Shown piece after piece: positions 20,469 to 29,654 of a DNA stretch of 64,000 nt; within the stretch, counting starts at the first letter, position 1, and each line of letters starts with the position of its first letter. A model generated the notes under the pieces. The model ran no database searches. It was not told where the DNA came from and saw only the letters and a list, made by a program, of their open reading frames with translations. The translations under genes were made by a program, and so were the position numbers. This stretch comes from Candidatus Omnitrophota bacterium (GTDB lineage: Bacteria; Omnitrophota; Gorgyraeia; Gygaellales; JAQTUX01): assembly GCA_028707125.1 (NCBI GenBank), contig JAQTUX010000001.1, forward strand, positions 468,142-532,141, given 5' to 3'.

Positions 20469-20962
20469 TAAAAAATAAATTACTTTTTCATATGATACCA
20501 ATAGAAGATAGAACTAATAAAGGTTATAAGAATTTAGTTGAAAATATTTTAAAACATGCTTTCTATTTTATTCCAGCAGAAGATTTGGAGGGAATAGAAA
20601 AAATAATACTTTTAGATGAATGCCAAGATCGAGAGTTTAAATGGGCGGGTGGATTTTATTATGCCTATGAAGAAAAGGATGCTATTATAGAACTGTATCC
20701 TCCAAAAATAATAGATGCAAAACCATTTTTTGTTCCAACATCAAAATTCTTTAATAGTTACTCAATCACTAAGATGTTTTTGCATGAATTGGGACACCAT
20801 AAATTCGGAAATGTGCAGGAACGAGAATTCAAAGCTCAAGAATACATGGTGTTATATATTAAGAAAATATATGGCAATTGGATTTATTTTTTTGATTTTT
20901 TAGCTAGACTAGATAATTTTTTACGTAAGTTTCTCAAAACCTTCAACAAAAAAGCAATGTAG
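20465..20962 (+). CDS. small protein downstream of the Rhs C-terminus: candidate immunity protein or HExxH zincin-like partner
   Basis: ATGA overlap with the rhs stop and GGAGG RBS. Contains HELGHH (HExxH) at residues ~107-112. AT-rich. Confidence 0.35.
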   Translation: MIKNKLLFHMIPIEDRTNKGYKNLVENILKHAFYFIPAEDLEGIEKIILLDECQDREFKWAGGFYYAYEEKDAIIELYPPKIIDAKPFFVPTSKFFNSYSITKMFLHELGHHKFGNVQEREFKAQEYMVLYIKKIYGNWIYFFDFLARLDNFLRKFLKTFNKKAM

Positions 20963-21022
20963 TATAACGAAAAAACGCCAACGAAGCTTTACATAACTAG
21001 CAATACATAATGGGCATAACGG

Positions 21023-21036
21023 GGACGGTTCTCTTT
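21023..21036 (+). repeat. REP-like motif GGGGACGGTTCTCT (copy upstream of RAYT)
   Basis: Same 13-14-mer occurs at 206-220 (+) and as the reverse complement at 21775-21790. Confidence 0.6.
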
Positions 21037-21157
21037 ATCATAACCTTAACTATCATAATCACTTACAACACCTACTTTATAAATTTTAAGATTTCTTGCA
21101 AGTAAACGCCTCATTTTTGCGTCTATTATAGTAGAAGGGCAGAAAGGGGGCGTTTTT

Positions 21158-21763
21158 ATGCCACGAGACAGAAGGCACATACCAGAGGCAGGTTTCCTGC
21201 ACGTTATATCCAGAGGCAACAACAGAAGGAAGATATTTCGGTATGAGAGAGATTTAGAGGCGTATTATTCAATTCTTCTTCAAAGCAAAGCAGAAGACAG
21301 AATCAACATCTCTCATTATTGCCTGATGAGCAATCATATACACTTGATACTGGAGGTAAACGAAGCAAGCAACCTTTCCAGGTTCATGAAGCGGGTAAAC
21401 CTGAGGTACGTCTACTATTACAGAAGAAAGTATGCCTACTGCGGCCATCTCTGGCAGGACAGGTTCAAGGCAAAGACTATAGACAATGAGGAATACCTTA
21501 TTCAATGCGGCAAATACATAGAGCTGAATCCTGTTAGAGCGGGCATAGTCAAGAGACCTGAAGAATATCGGTTTTCCAGTTACCTCCACTATGCTTATGG
21601 AGCTGAGGATGTATTGATACAAGATAATCCTTTCTACTCTGAATTGGGAGAGAGCCAAGAGCGAAGGCAAACAATTTACAGAGATATGATTATAGAAGAG
21701 ATGATAGAGAAGGGCCTAAGACAGGAAAAAATAATTGAGCACTCAGAACTTATTGCGGTATAA
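21158..21763 (+). CDS. REP-associated tyrosine transposase (RAYT) / IS200-like Y1 HUH transposase
   Basis: HUH motif SNHIHLILEV and catalytic Tyr region YYYRRKYAYCGHLWQDRF, with N-terminal HVISRGNNRRKIF. Flanked by inverted GGGGACGGTTCTC motifs. Confidence 0.75.
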   Translation: MPRDRRHIPEAGFLHVISRGNNRRKIFRYERDLEAYYSILLQSKAEDRINISHYCLMSNHIHLILEVNEASNLSRFMKRVNLRYVYYYRRKYAYCGHLWQDRFKAKTIDNEEYLIQCGKYIELNPVRAGIVKRPEEYRFSSYLHYAYGAEDVLIQDNPFYSELGESQERRQTIYRDMIIEEMIEKGLRQEKIIEHSELIAV

Positions 21764-21774
21764 TAGATAACAGC

Positions 21775-21790
21775 AAGGAGAACCGTCCCC
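21775..21790 (-). repeat. REP-like motif (inverted copy downstream of RAYT)
   Basis: aggagaaccgtcccccc is the reverse complement of GGGGACGGTTCTCCT. Confidence 0.6.
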
Positions 21791-21791
21791 C

Positions 21792-21872
21792 CCCGCCTCA
21801 CGCGCACCATCCCTTATGAAGTCGTCTGCCAGGTAGGCAGGCGCGTCCCGCGCGTATACAAATAATATTTAC
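21792..21872 (+). repeat. right copy of the alr 3'-end direct repeat (degenerate C-terminal coding fragment ...RLTRTIPYEVVCQVGRRVPRVYK*)
   Basis: 61/61 nt identical to 12088-12148, then 16/20 identical. Its stop abuts the convergent lptF/G stop. Confidence 0.8.
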
Positions 21873-22972
21873 AGAGTATCCTGGAATTTGAACAGGGCGA
21901 TATAAAGGAAGATGATGTTTGTCGTCCACGCGGCAAGAAGGGGGGGCAGCAGGCCGGATTTTCCCAGGGCGATGCTTACCGCGTCCATCACGTAATACAG
22001 GAAGGCGATGATCATGCATATGCCGATAGAGGACAGCGCCGCGCCGCGTTTCTTGATCTCCAGGGAAAACGGTATGCCCAGCAGGATTATTACTAGGCTG
22101 GTAAAGGGAAAGGAGGTCTTGTAAAATAAATCCACCTGAAGGTTCCTTATGACCGTCTTTGCCCCGCTTTTTGAGATCTTTCGTATGTAATTATTCAAAC
22201 GGGCCATATTCATATGCTCCGGCCGCTGCCTTTGTTCTATAAAATCCTTGGGCGTCTCGTCAAGATACATCGCGATCTCCGCGTGGAATTCGGGGTTGCC
22301 CTTTACGATGCCGCGGCTGTCAAAATAGAATATGGTGCATTTGTAGAGGTTCCAGTATTTATCCTTCCATACGCCTTTATCCGCCAGGATCTTTGAAGTG
22401 ATATTCTGGTTTTTATCCTGCTCAAGTATGGTCACGTTTTCAATGGTATTTGACTGCGTATCAAAGGACTTGATAAAAAACAGCCGGTTGCGCAGGCCGT
22501 AGATCGAAAGGTTATTTATCTCCGGCCGCGACCGCTTTTTATTCCTGTCCGCGCTTGAATACTCCATCTGCCTTTTTATCTGCTCGGTCGTTTCCCTGGC
22601 ATTGGGCACGAGGCGTTCATTGGCCATGAACACAAAGGCGCTTATGACGCATCCGAAGAACACCGTTGAGCGGCAGATCTGCCAGAGGCTCAGGCCTGAG
22701 GCGCGCATAGCCACTATCTCGTGGCTGCGGTTGAGGCGGCCGAAGGTGTAGAGCACGGCAAGCAGGCAGGCGATGGGCGAGGTCTGGATAAATATCACCG
22801 GCAGGTATGAGGCGTAGTATTGCAGCAGGAGGGGCGGGTTCATGCCCTGTTTCAGTATCTCGTCCAGATGGCTGAGTATATCAATGGCTATATACAGGAG
22901 GAAGAACAGCGACTGTGTCCCTATAAACAGTGAGGCCGTTGATTTGAGGATGTAACGGTCTAATATACGCAT
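21869..22972 (-). CDS. LPS export ABC permease, LptF/LptG (YjgP/YjgQ) family
   Basis: Six-TM permease architecture with a periplasmic beta-jellyroll insert, paired with an adjacent paralogue. Confidence 0.65.
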   Translation of the reverse strand: MRILDRYILKSTASLFIGTQSLFFLLYIAIDILSHLDEILKQGMNPPLLLQYYASYLPVIFIQTSPIACLLAVLYTFGRLNRSHEIVAMRASGLSLWQICRSTVFFGCVISAFVFMANERLVPNARETTEQIKRQMEYSSADRNKKRSRPEINNLSIYGLRNRLFFIKSFDTQSNTIENVTILEQDKNQNITSKILADKGVWKDKYWNLYKCTIFYFDSRGIVKGNPEFHAEIAMYLDETPKDFIEQRQRPEHMNMARLNNYIRKISKSGAKTVIRNLQVDLFYKTSFPFTSLVIILLGIPFSLEIKKRGAALSSIGICMIIAFLYYVMDAVSIALGKSGLLPPLLAAWTTNIIFLYIALFKFQDTL

Positions 22973-24048
22973 GACTTATAGGTAAGCACGCCGCCTATGG
23001 CGCCCAGCAGCACATTAGGCGCCCACATAGCGATATTGGGGTTGAAATTGCTCTGCAGGCAGAGCGCCTCCGCTCCGATCACGAGAAGGTAGTAGGCGCC
23101 CACGATGAGGAAGGCGATGCCGAAATTCACGGACTTTTCCCGCCGCCTTGTGATTATCGCCAGCGGAGCGCCGATAAGCACAAAGACAAGGCAGGAGAAC
23201 GCCATTGATAATTTTTTATTTATCTCCGTGATCAGGGGAAGGGGGTTGATGCCTTTTGTTTTCAACCTGCCGATCTCCTGCATCAGTTCTTTTATCGTCA
23301 TATGCTTGGGCTTCTTCTCTACTTCCCCCGTGGCAGAGGCAAGGTTAAGCGTCATAAAATAGGTCTTGAAATTCAATTTGTAGAAGCTGTTGGGTTCGTT
23401 GGGGTCGGGTTCGTCGGATGTGCCGTCCAGCAGTTTAAGTTTGACTATATTCTTGTCGGGGATGGCTATGAATTCCCCTTCTTTGGCGACGATCGTCCTG
23501 GTGGGCTTGCCTTCCTGCGGCTCATAGATCCTTATGTTGGAGAACCTGTTGCCTTCTATCTGGTAGATGAACAGGACGTATTTTTCAAAAGAGTCAATGA
23601 ATACCCCCGGCTCAAGCGCGGCAGTGGGGTTGCTTACCCCCACCCGCATCACCGCCTTTTTTGAGGCAAGCTGGGCGCGGGGGATGACCTTATCGTTGAA
23701 TACGACGAGCACGAGGCTCATGATCAGGCCCAGCACAAGGATGGGCACTATCAGGCGGAATATGTTTATTCCGCTTGAGCGTATGGCTATTATTTCGTTG
23801 TCGGAAGACAGCCGGCCGAAGCACAGGAGCACGGCCGCGAGCGTGGCAATAGGCAGGGTATAGCTGAAGAGGTATGGGGTCAGGAGCAAGAACAGCTTGC
23901 TTACGCTGACGATGTCAACCCCTTTGTTGATCACCAGGTCGGCCATCTTTACCATGTTCCCCAGAAGCATCACGAACGTCAACACCAGAATGGACGCTAT
24001 CAGGGGGGCGGCAAATTCTTTCAATATGTAATTTCTCAGGATCTTCAT
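22960..24048 (-). CDS. LPS export ABC permease, LptF/LptG (YjgP/YjgQ) family
   Basis: Same family as the neighbour, with overlapping start and stop. Confidence 0.65.
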   Translation of the reverse strand: MKILRNYILKEFAAPLIASILVLTFVMLLGNMVKMADLVINKGVDIVSVSKLFLLLTPYLFSYTLPIATLAAVLLCFGRLSSDNEIIAIRSSGINIFRLIVPILVLGLIMSLVLVVFNDKVIPRAQLASKKAVMRVGVSNPTAALEPGVFIDSFEKYVLFIYQIEGNRFSNIRIYEPQEGKPTRTIVAKEGEFIAIPDKNIVKLKLLDGTSDEPDPNEPNSFYKLNFKTYFMTLNLASATGEVEKKPKHMTIKELMQEIGRLKTKGINPLPLITEINKKLSMAFSCLVFVLIGAPLAIITRRREKSVNFGIAFLIVGAYYLLVIGAEALCLQSNFNPNIAMWAPNVLLGAIGGVLTYKSCVY

Positions 24049-24049
24049 T

Positions 24050-24751
24050 TTAGTTCGCGAGGGTATACACGTAGATCTTTGCGCAGCCGGCCTTCTTCAA
24101 TACCTCGGCCGCTTCCTGAACTGTGGCTTGAGTGGTCATGATATCGTCAAACAGCATTATGGATTTTCCTTTGACAGCTTCAGGATCGTCTAAGGCAAAG
24201 CAGCCCTTGACGTTGCCGGCCTTATGTTCCGGCTCAAGCTCTGATTGAGGCCGGGTATATTTTACGCGCCGCAATCCCTTAAATATCTCTAATCCGAATT
24301 CCTCCGCCAGTTCTTCGCAGAGGAGCATCGCCTGATCGAATTCCCTTTCTCTGAGTTTTCTGCCGTGCAGCGGTATGGGCACGATAAGGTCCACGTTCGT
24401 AAGCGGCAAATAATTTTCCCGGATATACTCGATCAACAACTTACCCAGCAGCTCCTTCAGTTTCAGCCGGCTGGAGTATTTAAACAGATGTATCAGTTTT
24501 CTGGCGCACCCTTTATATTTCAGGCAGGCATACGCCTTTTCAAAGGCGGCCCCTTTGCCGCCGGGCGCGTAGCACACGTTGTTTTTCTCTATTTTCTCCC
24601 AACATTCAAAGCAGAGCAGCCCATCTATGTTGACCTCCTTGAGCCTCCTGCCGCATACGAGGCAGACCTTGGGGTAGAGGATGTTTATCAGGCCCTCCAC
24701 GGCGCCGCATAGCATAGCCAATATAATAACAACTAATATGGTTGAATTCAA
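24050..24751 (-). CDS. comFC: ComF family phosphoribosyltransferase-domain protein
   Basis: N-terminal double zinc ribbon (CLVCGRRL...CFECW) and PRTase motif IMLFDDIMTTQATV. Confidence 0.6.
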   Translation of the reverse strand: MNSTILVVIILAMLCGAVEGLINILYPKVCLVCGRRLKEVNIDGLLCFECWEKIEKNNVCYAPGGKGAAFEKAYACLKYKGCARKLIHLFKYSSRLKLKELLGKLLIEYIRENYLPLTNVDLIVPIPLHGRKLREREFDQAMLLCEELAEEFGLEIFKGLRRVKYTRPQSELEPEHKAGNVKGCFALDDPEAVKGKSIMLFDDIMTTQATVQEAAEVLKKAGCAKIYVYTLAN

Positions 24752-24845
24752 GGAGAAAAAGTTGTAGAATATATTTGCAATACTCGGGTCCGGGATTGGC
24801 TGTTATTTCCGGAGGTTAAATAGTTGATGGCCGGGCCGCCATCTG

Positions 24846-25943
24846 ATGAAACGTCAGGTGGCGGTTTTCTTTGGGGGAACGCGAACAATGGATAAATATC
24901 TTATCTTTTCAACGCGGGAAGTGGTCGGGATATTATTACCTTTGGCTGTTTTCATAGTCACTTTAATATCGGGTTTTATCATCAGGAAGGTTATCTTTTC
25001 CCGCCTGGCGCGCTGGTCTGAAAAGACCAGGACCGAGATCGACGACGTCATTATTACTTCCGCCAAAGGCCCTTTTATGATCTGGTTTTTAATGCTGGGG
25101 CTTTATTTCGCGCTTGAATCCTCAAGTATCCCCGAAGGTTCAAGTCATTTTATTAACAAACTCTTGTTGGTTCTTGGTATTCTGTCCGTCACCTTTGTCC
25201 TGTCAAATGTGACAGCGAAGTTGATCAGGATATATTCGCGTAAAGTGGAAACCGCCTTGCCCGTTACTTCGCTTACCGGGAATATCAGCCGCATAGTGAT
25301 ATTCGGTGTGGGGATTTTAATAATCCTGAATAGCCTGGGCATCTCCATAACGCCTATTTTAGCCACCTTAGGTGTCGGCGGCCTGGCCGTTGCCCTGGCC
25401 TTACAGGATACCCTTTCCAATCTTTTCGCAGGTTTTCATATTATCGTTACTAGGCAGATCAGGGTGGGAGATTACATAAAGTTAGACACCGGAGAAGAGG
25501 GTTACGTCATTGATATTACCTGGAGGACGACCCAGGTCAAGATGCTGCCCAATAACGTGGTATTGGTCCCCAATGAAAAGCTTACCAAGGCCATCGTAAC
25601 CAACTATTATCTTCCCGATAAAGAAATGGCCGTCCTGGTTAATTTAGGGGTCCACTACAAAAGCGATCTGAAGAAGGTTGAGAAGATAACCTGTGAAGCG
25701 GCGGCGGAGGTCATGAAATCGGTAACCGGAGGCGTCCCGGAATTCCAGCCCTTTATCCGCTACGGAGGTTTCGGCGATTCCGCCATAAATCTCACCGTGA
25801 TCTTGAGGGCGAAGGAATTCGTGGACCAATACCTGATCAAGCATGAGTTCATAAAGCTGCTCCATGAGCGTTTTTCCAAAGAAGGCATCGTGATCCCCTA
25901 TCCCATAAGAGCGGTAAATTACGAACAGGAAAAAGAGAAATGA
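24846..25943 (+). CDS. mechanosensitive ion channel, MscS family
   Basis: Three N-terminal TM helices, then the MscS beta-domain signature IRVGDYIKLDTGEEGYVIDITWRTTQVKMLPNNVVLVPNEKL. True start may be the Met at 24891. Confidence 0.75.
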   Translation: MKRQVAVFFGGTRTMDKYLIFSTREVVGILLPLAVFIVTLISGFIIRKVIFSRLARWSEKTRTEIDDVIITSAKGPFMIWFLMLGLYFALESSSIPEGSSHFINKLLLVLGILSVTFVLSNVTAKLIRIYSRKVETALPVTSLTGNISRIVIFGVGILIILNSLGISITPILATLGVGGLAVALALQDTLSNLFAGFHIIVTRQIRVGDYIKLDTGEEGYVIDITWRTTQVKMLPNNVVLVPNEKLTKAIVTNYYLPDKEMAVLVNLGVHYKSDLKKVEKITCEAAAEVMKSVTGGVPEFQPFIRYGGFGDSAINLTVILRAKEFVDQYLIKHEFIKLLHERFSKEGIVIPYPIRAVNYEQEKEK

Positions 25944-28174
25944 AGAGAGTCCTTTTATTTATCCTGCCGATCCTGATCCTTATCTCCGTCGCCTTCACTA
26001 TATTCGGGATACTCCAGGTCCGCTATGAAGAAGAGAAGCTTATGGATGACCTGAAAAGAAAGGCGAGGACGGTAGCGGAAAGCGTGGAATTGTCCGCCAG
26101 GCACGCGCTTATTAACGGCGACCTGAAGTCGGCCAAGCGGTTAGTGGAAAGTTTCCAGAAAAGAGAAAGGATGCAGGGCTGCGTAATCTATGATAAGAAC
26201 GGGCAGGTCCTGGTCATTACTGAACGCATCTCTGACTGGGCGCGGAAAGATAAACCTTACCTTAGAGACGTTCTGGACGGCAAGAGCGCCGTCGGGGCGA
26301 TGGAAAAATTCGGCGATTATTCCGTATACGTCCATGCCCTGCCGGTCCTGGACGATGAAAATAATATATTGGGCGCGGTAGAGGTCGTTTACGATACCTC
26401 TTATCTATTCATCACTCTGGCAGACCTGTGGAGGCGGATAAGCATAACCCTGATAACCTTGATCGTGCTTATAGCCATAGCCGCTTTATTGATCCAGAGG
26501 CAGATCTTTATCCTGCCTGTGCGCCGGCTCACTCAATGGTTCACTCATTTTCAAAAAGGAGAAACGGAAAAGTTGAAGCCGTTCGAAGAAAAGGGCGAGT
26601 TTGGGCGGCTGGTAAGCGAAGTAGAGCAGGTCGCCCTGGGCCTGAGGGTGGCGCGTAAGGTGGTCAGCGAAGAAGCGCATGTCCGCCTCGCCAAAGAGGA
26701 CCTGTGGACGGAGCATAAATTAAAAGACCTTATCCACGCTAAGTTGGGAGACAACGCCTTTTTTGTGGTCTCCAACCGCGAGCCGTATATGCACGTCATA
26801 GATGAGGTGACCGGCGCGCCTAAATGCATCCGGCCGGCAAGCGGCGTTGTCACCGCCATAGACCCGATACTGCGCGCCTGCGGCGGGACGTGGATCGCGC
26901 ACGGAAGCGCGGAGGCGGACAGGAGGTTTGTCAACTCCAGGGATAAACTGGGGGTGCCGCCGCAAGACAACCGTTATATCCTGAAGAGGGTATGGCTTAC
27001 CAAGGAAGAGGAGGAGGGCTATTATTACGGTTTTGCCAACGAGGGCTTATGGCCGCTTTGCCATGTTACTCATACCCGCCCCATATTCAGGGAGACCGAC
27101 TGGCAGATGTATAAGAAGGTAAACCAGAAATTTGCCGACAGCGTTTTAGAGGAACTGCCGGCAAAGAACCCGTTTGTCTTTATCCAGGATTATCATTTCA
27201 CCATGCTTGCCAGGATGATCAAGGAAAAAAGGCCCGACGCTACGATAGCGCTGTTCTGGCATATCCCCTGGCCTAACCCGGAGGTCTTCGCGATCTGCCC
27301 CTACCAGCGGGAGATCCTCAATGGGATGCTCGCCTGCGATCTGATCGGCTTCCACGTGCAGGTCCATTGCAACAACTTTCTTGACACGGCCAACCGCCTG
27401 ATCGAATGCCGCGTTGACACGGAAAAATTCAGCATAGTCAGGGCCAGTAAGGAGACGTTTGTCAGGGCCTTTCCCATCAGCGTTGACGTACACATGGGCG
27501 CTAAGGCGTCTAAAGCCGAATCCAGCCAGATAGACGCGATACGCCAGGAATTTCAATTGCAGGATAAGCTGGTCGCCGTGGGCGTGGACAGGATAGATTA
27601 TACTAAAGGCATAATTGAAAGGGTGCTCGCCGTTGACAGGTTTCTGGAAAAATATCCGGAATATAAAAATAAGTTCGTATTCATCCAATTGGCCGCTCCC
27701 AGCAGGACCCATATTAAGCGCTATCATGAGCTTATCGGGGAGATAGATGAATTGGTCGAAAAAAAGAACTGGAAATACTCGGAAGGGGACTGGAAGCCGA
27801 TAATCTATCTAAAGAAGTATTTTTCGCAGGAAGAGGTAAGGCCGTATTATCTGCTCGCGGACCTGTGTATCGTGAGCTCTTTGCATGACGGGATGAATTT
27901 AGTCGCGAAAGAATATGTGGCGTCAAAGGCCGATCTAAGCGGCGCTTTGATCCTGAGCCGTTTTACCGGCGCCGCCCGGGAGCTCACCGATGCCGTGCAG
28001 ATAAACCCCTATTCCATAGAAGAATTCGCGGACGCGATAAAGCTTTCTCTTGAGATGCCCGCGGAGGAAAAGAGGAAGCGCATGGAGAACATGCAGAGGA
28101 TCATCAGCGAGAACAATGTCTATCGCTGGGCAGGCAGCATAGTTACGGAGCTGACCGCGTTGAATAAGGCATGA
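25940..28174 (+). CDS. otsA: trehalose-6-phosphate synthase (GT20) fused to an N-terminal two-TM sensor-like region
   Basis: GT20 catalytic core from ~aa 268 (FFVVSNREPY...GFANEGLWPLCH...IGFHVQ...), about 470 aa long. It is preceded by TM1, a ~140-aa extracytoplasmic segment, TM2 and a HAMP-like amphipathic linker. Confidence 0.85.
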   Translation: MKRVLLFILPILILISVAFTIFGILQVRYEEEKLMDDLKRKARTVAESVELSARHALINGDLKSAKRLVESFQKRERMQGCVIYDKNGQVLVITERISDWARKDKPYLRDVLDGKSAVGAMEKFGDYSVYVHALPVLDDENNILGAVEVVYDTSYLFITLADLWRRISITLITLIVLIAIAALLIQRQIFILPVRRLTQWFTHFQKGETEKLKPFEEKGEFGRLVSEVEQVALGLRVARKVVSEEAHVRLAKEDLWTEHKLKDLIHAKLGDNAFFVVSNREPYMHVIDEVTGAPKCIRPASGVVTAIDPILRACGGTWIAHGSAEADRRFVNSRDKLGVPPQDNRYILKRVWLTKEEEEGYYYGFANEGLWPLCHVTHTRPIFRETDWQMYKKVNQKFADSVLEELPAKNPFVFIQDYHFTMLARMIKEKRPDATIALFWHIPWPNPEVFAICPYQREILNGMLACDLIGFHVQVHCNNFLDTANRLIECRVDTEKFSIVRASKETFVRAFPISVDVHMGAKASKAESSQIDAIRQEFQLQDKLVAVGVDRIDYTKGIIERVLAVDRFLEKYPEYKNKFVFIQLAAPSRTHIKRYHELIGEIDELVEKKNWKYSEGDWKPIIYLKKYFSQEEVRPYYLLADLCIVSSLHDGMNLVAKEYVASKADLSGALILSRFTGAARELTDAVQINPYSIEEFADAIKLSLEMPAEEKRKRMENMQRIISENNVYRWAGSIVTELTALNKA

Positions 28175-28181
28175 GTATGCC

Positions 28182-28979
28182 ATGAAAGATATTTTGCTCT
28201 CCTGGGGGGGCGTCAAGAAGGAGATAGCCGGTAAACATCTTCTGCTGTTTTTGGATTATGACGGGACGCTTGCCCCGATCGCGCGGACGCCCGGAGAGGC
28301 GGTTCTTTCTAAAGAGGTAAAAGGATTATTACGGGGCCTGTCCACGAGCCCTTATTGCTCGCTGGGCATCATCAGCGGCAGGGCCCTGGGAAGCATAAAG
28401 AAGGCCGTGGGGATAAAAGGCATTATTTATGCCGGCAACCACGGCCTGGAGATAGAAGGGCCCGAGTTCAAATTTACAGTGCCTCTTTCGCCGCGCTTTA
28501 GGTCGGCCCTGCGCGATATCTCCGGAAAATTGCGCAAGCGGCTTTCCGGCATAAAAGGCGTTCTCATGGAGGATAAGGGCCTGACGCTGAGCATCCATTA
28601 TCGTTTAGCCGGCAGAAAAGATATCCCCGCGTTTGAGAGGGCCGTTTCCGAGGTTACCCGTCCTTACGCCGCGCGCGGCAGTGTAGGGATCGATCATGGG
28701 AAGAAAGTTTATGAGATAAAACCCCCTATACAATGGGATAAAGGCAAAGCCGTCTTATGGCTTATGGCAAGGCGGCAATTTGCCTCAGGAGGCAAAGGCG
28801 TTCTTCCCGTTTATATCGGAGACGACGTAACCGATGAAGATGCCTTTAAGGCATTAAAAAGAAGGGGGCTGACGGTATTCGTGGGGGAGAGGCGCGCTTC
28901 CAGGGCCGATTACCGCCTGAAGAACACGGGAGAGGTGGCGAAGTTCCTGCGTTTAATATCAGCGTTAAAGCGTGAATAG
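28182..28979 (+). CDS. otsB: trehalose-6-phosphate phosphatase
   Basis: HAD motif I LLFLDYDGTL, motif GDDVTDE, and adjacency to otsA. Confidence 0.8.
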   Translation: MKDILLSWGGVKKEIAGKHLLLFLDYDGTLAPIARTPGEAVLSKEVKGLLRGLSTSPYCSLGIISGRALGSIKKAVGIKGIIYAGNHGLEIEGPEFKFTVPLSPRFRSALRDISGKLRKRLSGIKGVLMEDKGLTLSIHYRLAGRKDIPAFERAVSEVTRPYAARGSVGIDHGKKVYEIKPPIQWDKGKAVLWLMARRQFASGGKGVLPVYIGDDVTDEDAFKALKRRGLTVFVGERRASRADYRLKNTGEVAKFLRLISALKRE

Positions 28980-28982
28980 ATC

Positions 28983-29654
28983 ATGCCCGAGTCAATAAAA
29001 GCAAAAGAGCCGTTCAGGTTTTTCACGAGATTGCACCTGTCGGAGCTGACCGGATTAAGAGCCGTCACCTTAGGCCAATTGCTGGGCTTTATCAAGGAGG
29101 TGTCTGGTTCCTGCATTTATCACCACACCCATAGATATCTGCAGCAGCACCAGTATCTTTCTCCCGAGCCGCCTAATGATTTCGCGTATTGGGTAAGCGA
29201 GGTCCTTGGCGAAGATGAGCTCGCGGAGATGCTGGTCAGCATTGATACGGTGCAATACCCGACCATCCGGCAATTGAGGGAAAAGATCGCGGCCACGATC
29301 GAGGCGTACTTAAAAGAGAGCCCTTCCGCTAAGCTGAAATTCGCGCGTTCAGGAGAAGAGTTCCATTTCATCAAGTCGGTAAGTTTTATTTTACCGACAA
29401 ACTATATCGTTTATGATCTGAGCGAATTCGCGCGGGTCCTGAGGAAGATCACCATTGACTCTATCTATTTTCATATCTTTGAGGCGCGCCTGCGGCTGGA
29501 AAAGGCGGCAAACGACTTTTCATACTGGATAGAGAATTCTTTGGGCGACAAGGAATTGGCTGATAACATTTCCGGCTTTGACCCCTATACCCGCACCCTG
29601 GAAGACCTGAGGAAAACAATCGTCCGGATAATCGAAAGAAGGATACGGGATTAG
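28983..29654 (+). CDS. hypothetical protein with internal two-fold repeat, embedded in the trehalose cluster
   Basis: Two ~45-aa repeats (FAYWVSEVLGEDELAEMLVSIDTVQYPTIRQLREKI / FSYWIENSLGDKELADNISGFDPYTRTLEDLRKTI). No motif I can name. Confidence 0.3.
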   Translation: MPESIKAKEPFRFFTRLHLSELTGLRAVTLGQLLGFIKEVSGSCIYHHTHRYLQQHQYLSPEPPNDFAYWVSEVLGEDELAEMLVSIDTVQYPTIRQLREKIAATIEAYLKESPSAKLKFARSGEEFHFIKSVSFILPTNYIVYDLSEFARVLRKITIDSIYFHIFEARLRLEKAANDFSYWIENSLGDKELADNISGFDPYTRTLEDLRKTIVRIIERRIRD

